DNA of 63,585 nucleotides from a virus: IMG/VR virus record IMGVR_UViG_3300033997_000235, positions 1 to 63,585 of that record; one strand, 5' to 3'. Shown piece by piece: positions 59,437 to 63,585 of this stretch (position 1 is its first letter; each line of letters starts with the position of its first letter). The notes under the pieces were generated by a model. It saw only the letters and a program-made list of their open reading frames with translations, ran no database searches and was not told where the DNA came from. The position numbers and the translations under genes were made by a program.

Positions 59437-59574
59437 TCATCCAAGGAAACCGGTGCCACAGCACATGGCACCGCACTCCAGGCTGGTGGCCGCGCACCGG
59501 TAAAGCCAGGCGATCACGTCGGCAATGATCTGGGTGGCGACTTCGATAAGCAGATCGCGAAGGAAGTGTTTCAT
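59437..59574 (-). CDS. Possible 45-aa hydrophobic Cys-rich peptide upstream of the SOS box
   Basis: MKHFLRDLLIEVATQIIADVIAWLYRCAATSLECGAMCCGTGFLG. Below the track cut-off, weak RBS. Confidence 0.3.
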   Translation of the reverse strand: MKHFLRDLLIEVATQIIADVIAWLYRCAATSLECGAMCCGTGFLG

Positions 59575-59833
59575 GGAGGCTCAGCCCTCTGTGTTGGTAA
59601 CGCCCACAGTCTGCTGTCACGACCTCGACAGTTTCCTCTTGTGGGTTTTCCAACGCAGTTTCGCCGAGGCGAAAACCATCACTTCGCACGACTTTCCCAT
59701 TTTCCGAAGGCGTCACGACCGACGCCCCGTCAAGCCATGAACACCCCTACCTACTGCCGCGAAACCGGGCGCCGTATCGGCGTATGCCCGTGCCCGCTTT
59801 GCAAACCCAAGAAACCGACTGAGGACTGATCCA

Positions 59834-60619
59834 ATGAGCAACGACAAAACCCTGCAGCAGCTTCTCACCGACCGCATCGCCAACTACACCGCCAGCGAAC
59901 GCCCGGTTGAACTGATCGACGCAGGCATCGACAAGATGTTCAAGGAAGTGATCGACGACGCCTTCCGCGGCTATGGCGACTTCTCCAAATCCATCAAGGA
60001 AGCCATGAAGGCTGCGCTGCCGGCGAACGTAAGCGACTTCGTGCAGTTGGAGCGTTACAACGCGCTGATCGCCAACGTACTGAAAGAACGCTGGGCCAGC
60101 CTGGGCTTGGAATCCAGCCTGGTCGAGAACGCAAACAAAGCGATCGACGAGATCCTTACCGATGGCGGCGTGCTCAAGGCCGAGTACACGCTGAGCGAGG
60201 TGCTCGAAGCGTTCATCGAAAGCCAGAAGGAACAAGCCGCCGAGAATCACTGGGAAGCCCCTGAGATTCGCATGGAAGAAATCGAGCAGTACGGCAGCAA
60301 GTACATCCACCTGTACTTCGACCCCGAACCGGAATCCTCCTACAAATCTTCCGGCTACGCCCGAACCGGTCGCAGCGAGTATCAGCTCAAGCACGCAATC
60401 CACATGCGTGTCGAATCCGAGCGCAAATCTGATTCCAGTTGGCGGCCTGATGATCAGGTCTGCGAGGTCTACTCGGCCAAGCTCGACGAAAAGAAGATCG
60501 GCGTAGCCATGACCCTCCGCACCAAGTGGGAAAAGATCGTCGCCGCCCTGTACTTCGGCAACGCAAAGCTGGTGGTCGACTGCGACCCGCAGGATTTCAG
60601 CTACGGCCTGTACGACTGA
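59834..60619 (+). CDS. Hypothetical protein (261 aa)
   Basis: Clear ORF. The antisense track ORF 59747..60754 is rejected. Confidence 0.65.
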   Translation: MSNDKTLQQLLTDRIANYTASERPVELIDAGIDKMFKEVIDDAFRGYGDFSKSIKEAMKAALPANVSDFVQLERYNALIANVLKERWASLGLESSLVENANKAIDEILTDGGVLKAEYTLSEVLEAFIESQKEQAAENHWEAPEIRMEEIEQYGSKYIHLYFDPEPESSYKSSGYARTGRSEYQLKHAIHMRVESERKSDSSWRPDDQVCEVYSAKLDEKKIGVAMTLRTKWEKIVAALYFGNAKLVVDCDPQDFSYGLYD

Positions 60620-60707
60620 CCAATTGAAACAAGCCCGGCCGGACTTCCCTGCCCGATGCCGCCGGCCAGGCCAGACAACGATTATCCCACACCCGCGAGG
60701 TGACTTC

Positions 60708-61421
60708 ATGAACAAGCAATGCGTGAACTTCCCTGGTGCGAATGACCACACCACTGCTGAATGCCCGGTGATGGGCGCGCGGCCTAAACAATTTGAGCGC
60801 GAAGACCGCTACATCGTGATCAAGCGGAGCGATCTCGCGAAGGTGCCAGTCAACTATCGCAAAGCGCTGGTAGATCCGCTTGCCCATCTGCAGGCGCACC
60901 TCCCGCGCCGGGAGTGCCTTGTCATCGAGAGCGACTGGCCGGAGTACCCGGTAGCCTGGCAGATGATCGAAGCGCGCATGACTGGCGGCGCAGTTGTAAA
61001 CCAGCAGGTTACTACTGCCGTTTGCCTGTGGAAGCGCGAGCAGGATAGCGGCTTCTACGAAACCGGCTGCGGCCAGGTTTGGCACTTCACCGACGGCAGC
61101 ACGCCCGAGGAAAACAGCGCCTATTTCTGCCACCACTGCGGCAAAAGCCTGGAGGTGCAGCGGCTGATCGCCTATCAGGTCGGCGACAACGACATCGTGG
61201 CCGCCTATGACCCGGCCGGCGCGATCGAGGTGCTGTGCACCTACAACGGCTACGACCTTGACGAGTTCACCATCGACGAGGTTGTCGTTGTCAGTGACGC
61301 GCTGCTCGACTCCACCGAGGCCTTCGACCAAGACGAAGGCAAGACCGTCCCTCTCGAAAAGACCCTACGCCAGGAACTGGAAGAGCTTACCGAGCCTGCC
61401 TACCTGCATGGGTGGGAGTAA
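60708..61421 (+). CDS. Hypothetical protein (237 aa) with CxxC pair
   Basis: Starts at MNKQCV behind GAGGTG. Confidence 0.6.
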   Translation: MNKQCVNFPGANDHTTAECPVMGARPKQFEREDRYIVIKRSDLAKVPVNYRKALVDPLAHLQAHLPRRECLVIESDWPEYPVAWQMIEARMTGGAVVNQQVTTAVCLWKREQDSGFYETGCGQVWHFTDGSTPEENSAYFCHHCGKSLEVQRLIAYQVGDNDIVAAYDPAGAIEVLCTYNGYDLDEFTIDEVVVVSDALLDSTEAFDQDEGKTVPLEKTLRQELEELTEPAYLHGWE

Positions 61422-61424
61422 GCC

Positions 61425-62198
61425 ATGAATACCCCAGTCCATAACACCTGCTGCACCTGCGGTTACACCTGGCTGCATGGCCAGAATGGCAGCCACAGTT
61501 GCACCGCCAACCTAGTCACCCAGTTGCAGGCGCTCAGCAAGATCACGCTCGCCACCGAGCGCGCCGGCCGCGTTTACGTAGCCGGCCCCATGACTGGCAT
61601 CGAGGATTTCAACTTCCCCGCCTTCAATGCAGAAGCCGATCGCCTGCGCGCTGCTGGCCGGCATGTCGAGAACCCAGCCGATCATGGCCACGTCGACGGT
61701 GCCGAGTGGGGCGACTACCTGCGCTATGACATTTGGCGCCTTGCCACCTGCGAGGCCATCCACCTGCTGCCAGGTTGGCAGAAGAGCCGGGGCGCCAAGC
61801 TCGAAGTGCACATCGCCAAAGCGCTGGGCATGAAGATCCGCTATGCCCACGGCGCCGAGTCAGCCGCCGAACTGATGATAGACCAGGGCGCCGACTTCCT
61901 CGCGATGCAACTGGCAGCCGAGCCGAAGTCAGACCCTGTCGAGGTGTTCCTCGACGAGATCCGCGCCGAACTGAAGCGCGCCCGGTCCAAGTTCCCCGGC
62001 GATCGCATCATGGGCTTGGCGCTGGCCGAAGAGTTCGGCGAACTGATCAAGGCGATGCTCGACGAGCCAGCGGCGAACGTTCGCAAGGAAGCGATTCAGA
62101 CCGCAGTGATGGCCGCGCGCGTGGTGCTCGACGGTTACGGCTCGGTGAAAGAGTGGCGCGCCCATCAGGGCCTCGACCAGATAGGAGCGCAGTCATGA
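61425..62198 (+). CDS. DUF4406 (nucleoside 2-deoxyribosyltransferase-like) domain fused to a MazG-like C-terminal domain
   Basis: RVYVAGPMTGIEDFNFPAFNAEADRLRAAG..HLLPGWQKSRGAKLEVHIA, then LALAEEFGELIKAML. Confidence 0.65.
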   Translation: MNTPVHNTCCTCGYTWLHGQNGSHSCTANLVTQLQALSKITLATERAGRVYVAGPMTGIEDFNFPAFNAEADRLRAAGRHVENPADHGHVDGAEWGDYLRYDIWRLATCEAIHLLPGWQKSRGAKLEVHIAKALGMKIRYAHGAESAAELMIDQGADFLAMQLAAEPKSDPVEVFLDEIRAELKRARSKFPGDRIMGLALAEEFGELIKAMLDEPAANVRKEAIQTAVMAARVVLDGYGSVKEWRAHQGLDQIGAQS

Positions 62199-62602
62199 CC
62201 AAGAAACTGCGTTGCTACTTCGCCGGCAGCCGACACCCGGACGAATACCCCTACGTCGAGGCCTGCTTTGCGTATAGCCATCGGGAAGCCAAGCCCCTGC
62301 TGTGGCGCGACGGATCAGAGATCAAGGCAGTGTTTGACGGCGAGTACTTCGATATGTCGGTGAAGCACCAGCCCGAGCACGATAGCCTCGCTGAGAAATA
62401 CGGGATCACCAGCCCCCACGTTATCGGTGACGACAAGCTGCTGCGTGAAATGGGCTGGAGCATTGAAGGCGATTCCCGGTGCGCCAACTGCAACCTTGCC
62501 GAGTATGACGGCGAATACCCGCTCTGCGAGCACTGCGACCAGTGCGAGGAATGCGGTCACCCCCACGACTGCCCGGAGCACGGCAAGGCTGGTGGCGCAT
62601 GA
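62195..62602 (+). CDS. Cys/His-rich hypothetical protein (135 aa)
   Basis: ATGA overlap. CANC..CEHCDQCEECGHPHDCPEHG. Confidence 0.55.
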   Translation: MTKKLRCYFAGSRHPDEYPYVEACFAYSHREAKPLLWRDGSEIKAVFDGEYFDMSVKHQPEHDSLAEKYGITSPHVIGDDKLLREMGWSIEGDSRCANCNLAEYDGEYPLCEHCDQCEECGHPHDCPEHGKAGGA

Positions 62603-62820
62603 GCAGTCTGCACATCCACGCCCCTCAAGGCTTCTACATCGCCCAGGTTCGCCGCCGCTTCGAACGAAAGTGGACGCAGGTAGGCGGCGAGTTCAAGCAG
62701 AAGCACCGCGCCCAGAGCACGGCGGCCGGCAATATGGTCGGCGACTTCGTTCGCGCCCGCGTGCTGTTCTGCGCTGAGTGGTACGACCCGGTTGTCGTTA
62801 TGGAGGCCAGCAGATCATGA
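62599..62820 (+). CDS. Hypothetical protein (73 aa)
   Basis: ATGA overlaps at both ends. Confidence 0.5.
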   Translation: MSSLHIHAPQGFYIAQVRRRFERKWTQVGGEFKQKHRAQSTAAGNMVGDFVRARVLFCAEWYDPVVVMEASRS

Positions 62821-63335
62821 ACCACCAACCCAAAGCCGGCCGCTGCCGTGCCTGCACCAAGCTCTGGGAGGACTGCAGCGCGCTGCCATTCCACACCATG
62901 CCGATTCACAGCCAGGACGGTACCGACGCGGTAGTGATCTGCAGCGAGTTCATCAAGGCATCCAATGTGATGCCCCTGGAGTCACCCGCAACTGCACCAC
63001 GGCGGATCTACCTGAGCGGGCCGATGACCGGCCTGCCCGAGTTCAACTATCCCGCGTTCAACGCCGAGGCTGCCCGCCTGCGCGCTTTGGGCTACCACGT
63101 CGAGAACCCAGCAGAGAACCCGCCCCAGGATAGCTGGGAGGCGTACATGGCCGTGTGCATTCCTCAGATGGCCACCTGCGACACGATCGCCTTGCTGCCT
63201 GGCTGGTCGGAATCGCGTGGCGCCCTGCGGGAACGGCAGGAGGCGGTGACCCTCGGCATGGTGATCGTTCCAGCGGCGAAGATCGTCGCCAGGATAGTGC
63301 ACCACGAACTTGAGGATACCGGTTGCCCAGAATAA
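62817..63335 (+). CDS. DUF4406 (nucleoside 2-deoxyribosyltransferase-like) protein, second paralogue
   Basis: RIYLSGPMTGLPEFNYPAFNAEAARLRALG..ALLPGWSESRGALRERQEA. N-terminal CRAC..C. Confidence 0.65.
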   Translation: MNHQPKAGRCRACTKLWEDCSALPFHTMPIHSQDGTDAVVICSEFIKASNVMPLESPATAPRRIYLSGPMTGLPEFNYPAFNAEAARLRALGYHVENPAENPPQDSWEAYMAVCIPQMATCDTIALLPGWSESRGALRERQEAVTLGMVIVPAAKIVARIVHHELEDTGCPE

Positions 63336-63395
63336 AGTGCGGCTGCATACTGCGCTCCGCCCCAGAATGCCCGGCTTCCCAGCAAACAGTAACGT

Positions 63396-63414
63396 GTATC
63401 CTGGCGTGTATCCC
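63396..63414 (+). promoter_or_regulatory. Two CGTGTATCC(C) repeats next to attR: candidate integrase arm-type sites
   Basis: GTATCC at 63396-63401 and GTATCCC at 63408-63414. The same word occurs in 128-179. Confidence 0.5.
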
Positions 63415-63458
63415 CAAGCGGTAAAGCCCCCGAAAGGCCCGTAATTGCGGCAAAGCGT

Positions 63459-63585
63459 GAGTCTCCCCCGGGGCACCACGATAAAGATTCTGAGATGTTC
63501 ACCGAACACCAGAAACCCAGGAAAGCCGGCTATCTCAGCCGGCTTTTTTGTTTCTGGAGATCGCCAAAGGTTCAGTGAAGTTCTT
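63459..63585 (+). repeat. attR: right copy of the 127-bp direct repeat
   Basis: Identical to 1-127. The upstream flank is phage DNA, so this tRNA-like end is the phage-borne duplicate. Confidence 0.9.

Noticed and set aside
59104-59829. 241-aa plus-strand ORF spanning the reverse cassette
   Set aside because: Its composition is unconvincing and it has no RBS. It runs straight through the LexA box and opposite the 83-aa ORF that the box is positioned to control. Only a possible 30-aa Cys-rich tail ORF (59737..59829, MNTPTYCRETGRRIGVCPCPLCKPKKPTED) might be real, and I could not support it well enough to list it.

Overview
This GC-rich window is essentially one complete integrated temperate phage. 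It is bounded by a 127-bp perfect direct repeat (1-127 = 63459-63585). The repeat opens inside the 3' end of a tRNA gene and carries that tRNA's terminator. A P4-type tyrosine integrase lies just inside attL. Layout, left to right: (1) attL, int, a small membrane protein. (2) Minus strand, 1.7-37 kb: the late operon, read right to left. It encodes terS, terL, portal, scaffold, major capsid, a decoration-like protein, a RyR-domain protein and an adaptor-like protein. These are followed by holin, SAR endolysin and nested spanins, an N4-gp49-family protein, tail and tailspike genes, and several large unknown virion proteins. It ends with a PRLGMP-repeat protein and a ~3,216-aa multi-enzyme 'polyvalent' protein. 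(3) Minus strand, 37-45 kb: cro, an RHH protein, a DUF1376 O-like initiator with ori-like repeats inside the gene, a lambda-P-like loader, a nin-like region with NinG, and a wHTH candidate late regulator. (4) A cI-type S24 repressor with two co-transcribed passenger genes. (5) Plus strand, 46.7-63.3 kb: the early-left operon. It encodes an AlpA/Xis-like protein, Erf, a YqaJ-exonuclease fusion, a DEDDh exonuclease, RdgC and a YejK/NdpA-like protein. It continues with an N6A methyltransferase, a PAPS-reductase-like protein, a C5 methyltransferase with five tandem TRD-like repeats, a reverse-oriented LexA-box cassette and two DUF4406 paralogues. (6) attR. I saw no tape measure, tube or sheath gene, so the virion is probably podovirus-like. 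The most interesting signals: (a) the giant polyvalent protein; (b) an NFFDQFD peptide shared between its N-terminus and the C-terminus of an opposite-strand periplasmic moron protein; (c) a 15-nt motif (minus strand ACCCCCTGTAGGGTT) present 7 times, one orientation only, in late-operon gaps; (d) GTCAC half-site arrays at several regulatory loci; (e) the methyltransferase / PAPS-reductase-like / multi-TRD methyltransferase cluster; (f) a phage-borne RdgC + YejK pair; (g) a canonical SOS box controlling a reverse-oriented small-gene cassette. All family assignments come from reading motifs in the translations and from memory of the families. No database search was run.
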